Positions 27,872 through 40,938 of a stretch of DNA of 64,000 nucleotides are shown piece after piece. The notes under the pieces were generated by a model that ran no database searches, was not told where the DNA came from, and saw only the letters and a list, made by a program, of their open reading frames with translations. The DNA lies in NCBI GenBank assembly GCA_000165425.1, contig CT868540.1, forward strand, positions 310,001-374,000, read 5' to 3'. This DNA comes from Paramecium tetraurelia. Lineage: Eukaryota. A program made the translations under genes and the position numbers. Position 1 is the stretch's first letter. Each line of letters starts with the position of its first letter.

Positions 27872-30800
27872 TCAGTTTATTTTATTACTTAATCCTGCAT
27901 CTTTTATAATTGACTCTAATTTTTTAGCATGCAACTATAATTATTCAAAGGACATTTAGGAAATCTAATCCTCAGTTTATCTCATAGCAGAATTTCCTCT
28001 AGTTTATTTTCTTGGAGTCACTCCTTAGCTTTTTGTGTCTATATTTTATTTTGAGCCTTATTATGAGTAACAATTTTCTAAGCATTCAATCTTTTTCTAA
28101 AGTTCTTACATCTTACGTACATCTACTTATATGATATTCTCATAAATAAAAAGTTCACCATTCAGTTTTTATAACTTTGTTATCTGTTCCTTTAATTCTT
28201 TAATTTCTTATTCTAAGTTCTCTTTTTAACAATTAATTTCAGCCTCTTTATTCTCCTTTTCCTTTTGCAATTCAATATTAACCTTTTCTGATTATTTTAA
28301 CTATTCTTAAAGTTCCTTAACAATTTTTCCTTATTTTTATAATATTGTATCCTTCTTCTTAAGTTCCTCTATTTATTTATTAAGCTTTTCTATTTATTAA
28401 TCCTTGGAAAGATCATTTTATTCCCATTCTGATAATTATTCATTTGTCTCTTTTAATTGCTTTTTTAAATCCTACTCTTTCTTTTCCGAATCATATTGCT
28501 GTTTCTTGCTTTTTTCAGATTACGAATCTAATTGTTATTGAAGCTTTTTCACTTAATCCTCTAATTTCTTATAATTCTAATTTAATTATTAAGTTTGCTT
28601 TAACTCTTAATTTGATTAATTAAGTTCAATCTATAATTTTTCGATTTCTTCTTTTTTAGTTTTTGTTTCTTTTTCAATTTGTTATTATAGTTTTTTGATT
28701 TGTTCTTCTTATTTCTTTTGATTGCCAATTTAATTCTATAAATTCTTCTGTTCTTCTTCCTTCTAATTCAGAGCAGTCTTAAGCTTTTCAACTTCTTCTT
28801 TCAAGGTTTTATTCTAATTTGATTCTCTTGAAAATTATTCATTTTTCTTGTTCAATTCTCTAAGTTAATCTTACAACTTTTTCAAATTCTCATCTTTCGC
28901 TTTCATTAATTACTCCTAATTAATGATGGTATCTTATAATTTTTTGGATTCTTATTATTATGTTTCATTTTATTTCTTTTATTAAACAGCCAATTATTTT
29001 TATTATTACAATTCTTTATTTTCTTCTTATGCTTTTTTGAGATTTTATTCTTTAACTTTCAATTAATTTTCAAGAGATTCCATCTATTGTTTCTAACTCT
29101 TTAATTCAACTAATTGTTTCTCTTTCACTTCTAAAAGGTCACCGAGATTTTCAATTTCTTCTTCATTAGCTTTGATCTATTATTTTAACTCTTCTATTGT
29201 TTGAACCTAATTGTTGAACTAATCATTTTTCTAAATTAATTCAATTTTTTAATCTAAAATTTATTATATTAAATCTTATTTATTTTATGATTCCAACTAA
29301 TTTGCAAATGTTTTTAACTCATCCATACGATAAGAATTTAACTCGCTTAAAGTAGTACCATCATCACTTAGTGGAATTTATTCAATTTTCTTTTATATTT
29401 CTTGTCTATGAGATTCCAATTACTACTATTCCTTTTATTCTAATTAAGCATATTTAGATTCTAAATTTTATATCGTATGAGATGAAGTACTTATTCTCTA
29501 ATTCAATTGTTCATTCTCTTATTTTAATGTTTATGCTTATTTTAATAGTCCTTGAATTATCTATTCCTTTTCTATTAGTTTACCATTTAAATCAGCCTCT
29601 TATTTTCTCATATTCGTCTATAGTTCTGCATTTGATAATATTTGTTTTTAGCTTGTGATAATTATTTCTTGATCTTTTCCTTTCAATTATGTTTCCAATA
29701 TCATTACTTATTATTCTAATTTTGCTTATTAATTGATCAATTCATCTATTTATTCTTTTAAGACTAGATTTTCTGATTAAATGTTCAAAGTTTTCTCTAA
29801 GGGTTTTGAAGATATTAAATTTTGCAATCTTTTTATTTCGTATTCTTATTTTCTTAATAAATCATTTTGTTCATCTATTTATTAATAGTTTCTCTAATTT
29901 TCTAGTTCTCTTTCTGTTATTAATTCTTTTTATTTGTTGCTAGCATCTTTTAATTGATCTGATAGTTTGTTTATATGAAATTCTTTCATTTTCATTTATT
30001 ATTCATTTTTTTAAATGATTTCAGCTTATACTTCTGCATTAATTAGATTTTATTCCAATTCTAATTTTAACTAGATTATCTAACTCTCTAAGTCATAAAT
30101 TTTATTTTAATTTTAACCTTTATCCCTTAAATTTTTATTTTCGATCTCCTTAGTTTTTAGTTACTGTTAAAGCAGTATAATCTTAGCTTTCAAATCTTCT
30201 TCCTTCTAATCTTTCTATTCCAAATTTTATTATATTTCTTTCTTCTCTTCAATAAGGGATTGTAAATTATTTTATAACTTATTCTTATCTTTAACTAAAT
30301 CTTACAACTTTTTAAGTTCTAATTCTTTCTATTTCAGTTAATTTTGAGTTTACGAAATTTATTATTCATAAATTTTGAGTTCCTCATTCTTGAGATTCTC
30401 TAAAGCGTTTAATTTATCTTCATAAATTTGTATGTCGTCTTATTATCTAATTATATTTTTTTTATGTTCAGATTCCTTCTTCCTAATATTTCGATGATGT
30501 GATTTAATTTCATTATCATATTGTTCAATTAATATCTATTTTTCTTAATTTGAGTACTCTAAATCCTTCATTAAATTCATTAGCTTTAGAATTTCATTAT
30601 CAGCTATTTATTTTTTAACAAGGAGTTCATTATATTATTTTTCCTTGATTTACATGTCCTACTATAATTTTTCATATAAATATATATAGGAGTCTTAATC
30701 TGAAATTTAAGAACGAGGACTCTTTTATTCCATAAAGCCTTTTCCTGATGAAATATATTTTCTCTTAATAGTCGTCTCTATGTCATCACTCAATTCTAAT

Positions 30801-31707
30801 ACATTTTCTTCTATTTTAATGTATTTTTGTTTATTTTAAAGCATATTTTATTTTTGCATAATCTCGTTTTTAGATGTATTAAGACTATAATTTTTCTTCA
30901 ATTAATCAATCATAATATTCTTCTCTTCCAACTCTTAAATTAATTTATTGATTTTTTTCTTCTATTCTTCTAATTATAGTGATTGAGTTATCTTCTCTAC
31001 TTACAACTATTCCATTTGAATCAAGAACTATTTATTATGATTTTACGATGAATCATCGCCCTTCTAACACAAAAACTTATTCATCTATTCTATTTTCTAT
31101 TGCAAATCCTCAATTATTGATTCATATTATAATGCTAATTGATTGTTCTCATGGTTAGTCAATGATCCTCTTTGGCTCTCTATTAACTTTTTAGTGACCA
31201 AGTCTAATTCATGGATCAATTATTAATTTTGATCTTCTAACCCTTTGATTTTATCAATCTAATACGTTATTTTTAATTTTTACATAGTCTTTTGATGTTA
31301 TTTCTAACTGCAACTCTTCTTCAAAGTGATGCTAATAATTAATTAGTTCTCTATCCTTTTAAACTATAATTTCCTTTAGTTTTTAGAGTTCTTTCTCCAT
31401 TTCTATGGGATTTTTCTAATGAAGAGAAGCACATCTTTAATTTTTGCACTTTTTGATTTAATCGCAGAGTTCTATATTGATTTCGGATAATTCTTGATTA
31501 TTATTATATAGAATATCAACATTTTCCTTCAACTAATCATTCTCTTAAATTTTCTCTTTTAACAGTAAAGTCTATAATAAAATCTTAGATATAAAAAAGT
31601 ACCAATTTTTCATTTGCATTAATAACAGCATTAAGTCTTTGCTCCATATCGTCTATGGTATTCGATGACTTTGATGGAGAGTAAGTGAAATCGTATTATC
31701 GGTACAT
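27872..31707 (-). CDS. Very large coiled-coil protein (~1,250 aa)
   Basis: MYRQYDFTYSPSKSSNTIDDMEQRLNAV..., continuous Q/E/K/L heptads; TGA 27874-27872. Confidence 0.8.
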
Positions 31708-31789
31708 ATATTTTTAATATTTATTATAAACTAAAGCGTATAAACAAAAAATATTTTATCATTTCATATTAAATAATCACAACAGTTTT

Positions 31790-32168
31790 TCAATTGTTTA
31801 ACATAACAACACAAATTAGAGTTCCTCCTCCTTATCTTCCTGATCAAATAAAGACTACTTAAACTCTATTTCATTCTTTTTCAACAGTTATTAAATGTGT
31901 GCTTTCGACATCTTCGTGCTACCACCTGTATCATCATGCTGACTAAAATAATTTCCATTAGCTTTTTAAATCTTCTCTCTATTCATTTGATAATTCGCAT
32001 TGGAAATACGAAATTTAGCCTAAATCACTCTTATTAGTAACATACTGAGGGGGCTTTCTGATTAACACTTGGTTAACTCTTCTCCCTTGTCAGCTACCTC
32101 GATATTAAAGGTCTAGGCAATGATTTCCTTGAAAAGTTGAATTGTGAATGAGTATTCATAAAGTTCAT
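31790..32168 (-). CDS. Small hypothetical protein
   Basis: MNFMNTHSQFNFSRKSLPRP...; one 26-nt intron (GTATGT..TTTAG) removes an in-frame TGA; ends LCQNN-TGA. Confidence 0.65.
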
Positions 32169-32287
32169 ATATATTAATTATTTTCATATTTACTATAAAA
32201 TGTATAATGACAAATTCTTGGAAAAAATCCCATAGATTTTAAATATTAGATGTTGCTTTAAGCACCTTTATGAATAATTAATATTTT

Positions 32288-33388
32288 TCAAACAAATCTC
32301 TAGATAAATGATGTTACTTCTGGGTCATGTCCTTGTAACAATGAAATGCACTCATCGATAATAGCAATTTATTAATTTCTATAATCTGTCAATCCATTAT
32401 GACTATTTTGTGCATCATTGCAAGATTATTGCCAATCTGCATTTTCTTTAGTTTTAAGACTTACTAAATCCTAATAAATTGAAATGTTGTTATTTAATTC
32501 TAGCAATTATTACTATAATTATTGCACATCAGCTCTTAATTCAGCAATTTTAGTGCTCAATCTAGTATTTGCAAATTCAAAACGAATTCTAATTATAATT
32601 TTTAAACATACTTAGTCTTAATAAAGTCTGCTTCTCTTTGATCATCAGCAATCATTTCTAATTTCTAAACCTAATAAACTTCATCGATTAAATCATCAAT
32701 AATCTTAATGACCTTCTCTTAACTTGTACCTTGTTGTATTAAGGATAGGGTTGAATGAATCAAGGTGTAGAACATTGAGGACTTTTAAATTTAATTTACT
32801 AATTTTACTTTCTCAATAATTACATATATTTTCTTTATGGTTTTTCAATTAAATTAAAGCAGTTGGGTCTGTCTTGATGGAAGATATAATCTTTTTGGCT
32901 TCACTTAATGCTCCAACAATTGATGTTAATTCATCTCTTTTACTCTCAAATTCCTATCTAGATTCCTATCTTGATAAAATCAACTTATTAATTCTGTCAT
33001 TGTTTCTCTATTCCTCACCTTCCTTATCCTCTGCTTAATGTCTTTTATCAAGCAACTTTTATTCGAGTGGACTCACCTATTCTTAAGCTTAAGCCAATTT
33101 AGTTTATGAATCTGAAATGGTTTGTGAGTTTTGGGAAATGTGTGTTTCACAAGTTTCCAATCTATCAGTCAAAAGTCCAGAATCTTCATCTTAATCATTT
33201 TGAATTCCCTTTTTCAATTCTTACAGTAAATCTATTGTCTTTCCAAATGAGGCTGGTTCTTCATTTAGAGTTAATTAAATTGCTTATAGCACTGTTTTTC
33301 CATATTCATTTTATGATATTTCATAAATTGATCTGGTGCCAAGAACACTGCTAATCAGAAGTATCAACAATATTGATGTTGCTCTCAT
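32288..33388 (-). CDS. Trichocyst matrix protein precursor (TMP family)
   Basis: Signal peptide MRATSILLILLISSVLG, then EISQNEYGKTVLQAIQLTL..IDLLQEL..IQNDQDED..C; two acidic coiled-coil halves with spaced Cys; ~360 aa. Confidence 0.82.
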
Positions 33389-33427
33389 TAAAAACGAATA
33401 TTAATATTAATAATATTCAATATTATA

Positions 33428-34045
33428 ATGAAAATATTGAATATCAATAAATTATAAAATGAATAAAAAAATATAACACAAAAACATTTATAGGAGTTTG
33501 CACAAGAGAGTTCAATAACATTTACAGGTTTAATTAAACAAACATATGATGACAGAAAAGGTTTGAAATAAATTATAATGCAATTTGAGCCGATTGTTAA
33601 GTAAATTTATTATCAGTATCAAAGCAAAATATATGCCGAAGTTTTGGGAATCCAAATGTAGTAAATAAAAGATAGTTTGGATGATCCATAAGTAAATGCA
33701 AGAGAATAGGTAATAACATTAATGATTTACATCGAAGAAGTGTTATAAGAAATAGAAAAACACTATCAAATACCCTACAATAAATAATACTTTGAAGATG
33801 CATGTAATAAACTGTAATTAATTCTGTAGTTTATGAAATAACAATCCCTGAAATAGTTCAAGAAGATGCAGGAGCTATTAATAATGACGGTTGGTGTCAA
33901 AAATGCACCATCTCATGATGTAGGTTCATTCTCAAAGATCAAAAGTTTATATAATCATATAAATAAATAATTGCAGTATTATTATTCTCATTTCATATCA
34001 CAATGTTTCATCATTCATTAGATTAATATATGCTTATTACTCTGA
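33428..34045 (+). CDS. Hypothetical helical protein; 3' end uncertain
   Basis: About 200-codon code-6 ORF (QKHLQEFAQESSITFTGLIKQTYDDRKGLKQIIMQFEP...); end depends on a possible intron near 33919. Confidence 0.5.
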
Positions 34046-35141
34046 AGTTTAAAAAGAACTCATTAACTTTGAATTACCGTTTTACCGATTAAATAATTTG
34101 ATTAACTATTCTAATATTGTAAATTTAGATTTCATGGTAATCTATTAATCATTAGATTTTGGGAGATTGCATTATTGTATTTTATCCTCGGTATAATTTT
34201 ATTCTTTATAGAATTAATTCAAATTTATATCCAATAATGATAATAACATTATGGTTTGTTAGATCTACTATTTGATAATTAAACTTTAATTATTATCTAA
34301 TAAAAAATGAAACTGATATTGTATTCTAGAAACTCACAATGTTCTTTTAACTTCCATATCAAATTCTCTCTTTTAATTTTGATAATTTATCTAACTTTAA
34401 TCTTTAAGTTCAAATTTTCATAAATTAATAAAAGGAACAAATAAATAACTACCCATCTTGATTAATTCTTCTTTAATCCTATTATTTAGTGTAATTAAAG
34501 TATTTTAGTTTGAGATCTCATCTATTACGTCTTCGTAATATAGGTTCTGTAAATAATTATTTATTAAATTCATAGTCCATCTTTTATTTTGCAGCTAAAT
34601 CTTAATCTAATTTTTGGAATTTAAAGGTATTAGGCATCCATATATTACATCACTATAAATATTAAGTTATTCTTCATATTATTTAAGTTTGATCATATTT
34701 TTCAATTCCATAATTATTAGGATTCATACATAACATTTCCAACCAAAAACCTTAATTATAATATAAAATTTATATAATTATTTTTGAATTTTAGGATGTC
34801 TAAAGAAAACCAAAGATTTTCTTGATAACACTTGTCTTTAGAAATCCAGTCAAATTAAATAAGGAATTATTATAATTTCTACCCTTCAATCATGAGAACA
34901 AAAGTTATTGCTATATTTGAAAGATCCATTTTAGTCTTCATAGGAGGATCAATTTTAAAATGTGCATTTTTAGCTGCTAATAAAAAAGGGCAACATTGAT
35001 GGAAAATTTAAAATTTGAATACCAAACCATACATTTAATTTATTAACATTCGATGGACATTTTCATTCGATTTTATTATATATATTTAATTTTATGAAGT
35101 ATTATTAATCAGTTAAATAAATTATTTCAAAAAATTAAAAA

Positions 35142-36105
35142 ATGAGGAAGAAAATAGAGAAAACAAAAAAAAGTATTTATTCCTATCAAACCTTAGAACC
35201 TTGGACTGATTATGAGGATTCATAGGTTATGTAGTTAGTTGAATTGTATGGTCCTCATAAATGGACTTTTATTGCTTCAAAATTACCAGGAAGAATTGGA
35301 AAGCAATGCAGAGAACGGTAGTCATTTAATTGATAATGTGAATAGATGGCACAATCATTTGAATCCATTAATTAAGAAATCACCTTGGGATCTTGATGAA
35401 GAATGGATTCTATTTCTATATCATAAAGCAATCAGTAATAAATGGGCTGAAATTGCTAAGCATTTAGAAGGAAGAACTGATAATGCAATTAAAAATCATT
35501 GGAATTCAGGTATGAAAAAGAGAATCTCAGAATTCATTGAAAAACTATAGAATATTAAATAATAGTTTATTCTAAAAGGGTTGTATCTTATAATTTTATG
35601 AAGAAAGGCCTTCTTATTTTGATTAGTTTCAGATTGAATTTGAGAAAAAGGCCCTTGAGATCATATTTTTAAATAAACCCTATGTTAGTTTGTTAACAGA
35701 TTCAGAGGAAGAAATTGAAAGAACCTAAGAAATTACCTGTTCTTTAGAGTAGAGAAAGCACTGCTTTAAGAAAATAGCATTATGTAAATATTAGCAATTA
35801 ATGAAAGAATGACTCAAGAATAAGAACAATTATGAAACATCCTAGAAGAAATAGAATGCATAAAAAATACCTTCTGTTCAAAAAGTAACAAAAGGATAGT
35901 GTTAATTCAAATAAATAACATATTTTGTAATGGACTTAAACTCCTTAGAAATATGAAAAGTAAATAATATTTCCATATTAAATTAAGTGATGATTATTAT
36001 TACACACCTGCTGCATTCAATAAACAAAGAAGATTGAGCCATAGTAGTTTAAAATATAGTTAACATTAAAGCTATGTACAGAAACATTTAATATAATGTA
36101 GTTGA
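35142..36105 (+). CDS. R2R3 Myb transcription factor
   Basis: [81 protein letters not shown]; the 3' part needs several 22-28 nt introns, so the end is less certain. Confidence 0.9.
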
Positions 36106-36223
36106 ATGAATCCTTTATGGAAAGAGAGGAGCTCAAATAGAATCTATTCCTTTGAACTAAATTTTTGAGATATCAATTTTTCATTTCTTTATTTGGAATA
36201 AGTAAAGAAATTATAATATAATT

Positions 36224-38685
36224 ATGTTTAAAAAAGTAATAAAGTTTCTTTACTCTTAAAAAATTGATTTGCATTCTGATATTCTTAGTTTAAAGGAAAT
36301 TTAGTCTGCCATTAAGTCTGTGGTAGAGACTCATGAGGAGAATTTTATTTAGTAAATCAAAGTAGGGTAATTTAATCCTTAATTGTGGTTGAAAATCAAG
36401 AGACATTATATTGAGCCAAATGATGCAATTAGAATTATAAAAGCATTAGGAGAATAAGATTAAGCTTAAAGAAATTAATTACTTAATAAAACATAAACCA
36501 CTTAGGAATTAATAAAGAATGACATTTATAATTATTTTATTAAATATTTTTCAAAGAAGTATGAAAAATTGACATTCAGTTAAATTGCAATAGTATTAGA
36601 ATAATATGCATACGTTAAAAGGTTCGATTAAGATTTTTTTCGAATTATGGAAAATGAAATATATGATAGATTATCTGATAAAAATGAAATAATAAAATAT
36701 TAAGATGTCGAAAAGATTTTATGGGCATATTAATATTGTCATTATGGTTCAGCAATTCTTTATGGTTAGCTGGCATCAGTCATCAAGATTGCTTAGCATG
36801 AAATAAATCCCCTGAAACTCGCTTATTATTCATATCTGTATTCTAAATGTCCAGACAATCAGAAGGGTGGATTTGGAATATATGCTGTTACCGAGAAATA
36901 GGTCTAGCAAAGGATAAGAGATTATAATTTTGCGGATTTTATCAAATTAGCATAGTATATATTTACACCAAATATTTGTTCAAATGCTTTCTAATTAGTG
37001 ATTGAAGAATAATTGGCTGAATAGTTTCCATCTAACAAAAATTTATTGCCCCATGACTTAGTTAAACTATGTAGGGCAACTATGAATTATTATTTTAAAT
37101 ATAATGATAGGTCTCTTTAGCATAAAATAGAGGTACTATATATTTGTTATTTTAGGGAGCTTGCATTGATTTGATCGACAAAGTTAATGATAAATAGTTC
37201 TGTTCAATCTTCTGGAGTTTCCTCAAATCAAGAAAAGGAAACGCAGAATTGTATAATAAGTTTTCAGATTAATTGATTATTAGACAAAATCTATTATCTA
37301 TTAGATAATTGACTCTATTGTATCTAAACGCTTCAAACAATTCTGAGACTTTTGATATATCAAAATTATTAAATGAAATTATAGTAAAGAAACTTAATGC
37401 AGATTAATAATAACAGATTAAACCGACATATTTGGCATATATAACCATTGCCTCTATGCAATCGAAACTGTAAATACCAATTTAATTAACCTCTGAGCAT
37501 TTGAAACAGATATCCACTCCTTTAAAAGTAGCCATTTTATAAACTCTTTAAATGTCCTTACCTCATTTGGATTAAATTAAATTATCCATTTTACTTATAC
37601 AAAATCTTTAGGAAATTGAATTGCCTTATGAAGATTAGGTCATTCTTCATTATTGTGAAAAATACTTTTATAAATTCTGCTAGTAAAAGTAGATTCAGAT
37701 AAAGCAAACGATTCATAAATCGTTGTTTCATTAAGCTTTGTACCTTGATCCATAAAATGAGAATCTTCACAATTAATTAATAGTTTTAAACTAATAATAT
37801 AAGGATGAAATGAGGTTCTTTTTTAAATAGGATAGTTGGGTTGTAATTGCTTGGTGTTTACTTCAAGAACACTTATTAACAAAGGAAAGAGTAATCAAGA
37901 AAGAACTAATACAGGAGGCTTGTATGGGTATTAAGGAATTAGACATAAATACAATTTTTCATGTTGATAAATATGTAGAGAGCTTATGGATGGTTATTTT
38001 GATTGAGAAACTCAATTTAGATGTGGGAATTGAAAAAATCTCTTAATTTATCAAAGTCTCTCATTATGCTTAGACAAGCGTTTTACTCAACAATTTCAAA
38101 GATTCCTAATTGCTGGAACTGAAAGATGTGCTCAAAGAATCATTGTAAAAATAGTGCAAAGACATAAGCTTAAAGTAGGAGTTCAATCAGTCTTATATAA
38201 ATATGTTTGATTAAGGAATAGGGATGATGCTTCATGTTACTCATTTAATAAAAACTAAAACTTAAAATTTAAAATTTGGCTTAATAGTCTTGGATCCTTC
38301 AGATTTTGAAATTCAATTGAATGAAGAAAAAAATATTTAAACGAGATTGGGAGAGCAAGATTATAATTTATTGAAACATTTAAGAAGGGAAAGGTAAATA
38401 TAAAGGCTTGTCTATGAACAACTTTTCGATTGGAATGTGGAATATATTTATCTTGAAGAGTTCTAAAGTTACAGCAGAGAATAGCAATTAGAATATTTGG
38501 GTAATGTTTTTGGTTTGAATCCACTTGAAGAGGAGGATGTAGAAAAGGTCTCAGAGTAGAAATCAAAGAAGGGGTTAAACTTTTAGGATAAATTGAATTC
38601 ATTAAAATAATAGAAGAATAGGAATAGATATGAAAAAACAGAGACTAATGACTTAATAGAAAATGATCTTAATTTTGATTAGTGA
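36224..38685 (+). CDS. Helical-repeat protein with C-terminal RAP-like domain (FASTK/HPR-like, probably mitochondrial)
   Basis: Mito-like N-terminus MFKKVIKFLYSQ; helical repeats (QDVEKILWAY..YGSAILYGQLASVI); C-terminal RLVYEQLFDWNVEYIYLEEFQSYSREQQLEYL. Confidence 0.65.
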
Positions 38686-38713
38686 ATAAATATATTTTTT
38701 AAATATAATACAT

Positions 38714-39931
38714 ATGCATAATAACTAATAAAATCCTATACAACCAATATGCAACACTGGGAATCCATAATAATTTCACAATCCTTAAATCAATTTTGTG
38801 AATAATAATTAATTACCAACATTTATACAACAACCATAAAATCCACATTTTAATTAGCTTGTATTTCAACAGGGCCTTCATCATATAGGATAAAATATTA
38901 ATTAGTAATAATTAATCCATTAAAAAATACATTTCCCATTATTTTTGAAGGATATCGAAAAATAAGATTTGCTTACAATATCAGGAATTGAGTACAAAAA
39001 GTTGAAATTATTAGGCAAAGGTAGTTATGGGTCAGTGTATATGATATAAAATAAGTAAACTTTAGAGTTTTACGCTTTAAAGATTTAGACATCCATTCAA
39101 AAGGAAGAAGTAGAAATTTTGTCAAGGTTGAAATAAAAAACCTTTAAAAATTTAGTTAACACCATAGAATTTTAAAAGCATCCTGAAACCAATGAATATT
39201 TTTTATTGATGGAATATTGCGAAAATAGTTTATAAAATATTATCGATTAAAAACCTATTGATCACAAAGAGGCTAGATATATAATTAAATAAATAGCCAA
39301 TGGAATAAAAGAATTACATGAAGAGAAAATTATACATAGAGATTTAAAACCAGAAAACATTCTTGTTTTTGTTAAAAAAGATTAAAATTCCAACATGACC
39401 TAAAACATATATAAAATATGTGATTTCGGATTATCAAGCACCAAAGATTTAGCAAAAACCTTATAATGCGGAACAGCTCATTATATGCCTCCAGAATAAA
39501 TTAAGCACTAAAATAATCTATTAGGATATGATTAGTCAGTCGATATTTGGGCTTTCGGAACAGTGATTTATGAACTATTTACTCAAAAAGTCATGTTTAT
39601 GAAATCTAATAGATAGGAAGTTTATGAGGAGATCCTCAAAATTACTTAAAAATAGATTGACGAAAAAATCTAAACCGATTTGAAAATGTTAGATCAACAA
39701 TATGTAAAGCTAGTTTAAAAAATGATTCTAATTGAACCTTCTTAGAGAATTACAATTGATCAGGTTTTAATTGAACTCAAATAATAGAGTACAAATATTG
39801 CAACTTATAATGTAAATAAAGAAAATATTATAAAAGCCAAAAAAACAATGTAAAAAACAGAGAAGCATTTCAGAAGGAAATAGGGAGAAAAATTAGAATT
39901 AACAGCAAGTACAGAATAATTTTCATACTGA
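38714..39931 (+). CDS. Ser/Thr protein kinase with Q/N/P-rich N-terminus
   Basis: LGKGSYGSV, ALK, IIHRDLKPENIL, KICDFGLS, CGTAHYMPPE, VDIWAFG; first in-frame TGA at 39929. Confidence 0.88.
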
Positions 39932-40938
39932 ATAATAAGCATTTTGTTAGAAAAATGAGCAAATCAATAATTAAAATAATAAAGCTCATATTTTTATTTA
40001 GTAAAAATAAGTGAATTTAACTTAATTTAATTAATAAAAGGTTTTTCAATTAAAAAGGCAATAATCACCAAAATGATACAATAAAGATAATGAATAATAT
40101 AATATAATAATATAAATAGTGCTATTTCCAATAGAAATTATTAAAGATAATTGATTATATCATTTTTTGTTATCTCATTATTTTACTATTATTTAATCTA
40201 ATTGATTTTATAATCTTATCAGAAACATAATTATTTTTATTTTTACTTATTATGCAAAATCTTTAGCTAGCATTAATGATTGTTATTCTACTTAATTTTA
40301 TTAAATTGCTTCTTTACTAATCAGAAATAACTCATCATCAGCTTTTTGGTAATCGTTTTGATCTAGATTAAAAGCTTAAAATGATGGAATATTGTTTATT
40401 TTTTAGTTTTAATAAATTTTAGGATATAAAGTATCCTGAATCATTATTATATCTAAGATTTTCTCATTTTAACAATTGTTTGGTGTGGTCAACGTACATT
40501 CTGAATATCTTTTTCTATTCAATAAATAACATCTATACTATTTAGGATTAATCAATCTAATGATTGATAATCCGTATGTGTAATTTGGAGGAAATTTTGA
40601 ACTTATTATTTGTTAAAATTTGAATTCAATTTTTTAATGTATTAGCAGCGTAGCACTGTTGGATAGTCTATCTTCTAAAATGATATTCCCACTTAAAACA
40701 TTAACCCAAATGATGTTATGATGTAAAATATGATGAAAATGTTTTAATCTCAAATGATTTCAATGATGCAAAGCCATTCATCTGGTATAGAGATTTATTT
40801 ATGTAGGATTCGATTTGGAGAAATTTTATATGCATAAAGTGAATGATATGAATTAGTTTTATAATTAAGTGAAACCAGATGAATGTTAATTGTAGCAAAC
40901 CTCCCAATTCATAAATGCTTATAATCCAAATAAATATT

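Noticed and set aside
35790..35840. Premature stop or pseudogenisation of the Myb gene
   Set aside because: Plausible 22-, 24- and 28-nt GT..AG introns give an open frame to TGA 36103-36105; needs RNA-seq but no defect has to be assumed
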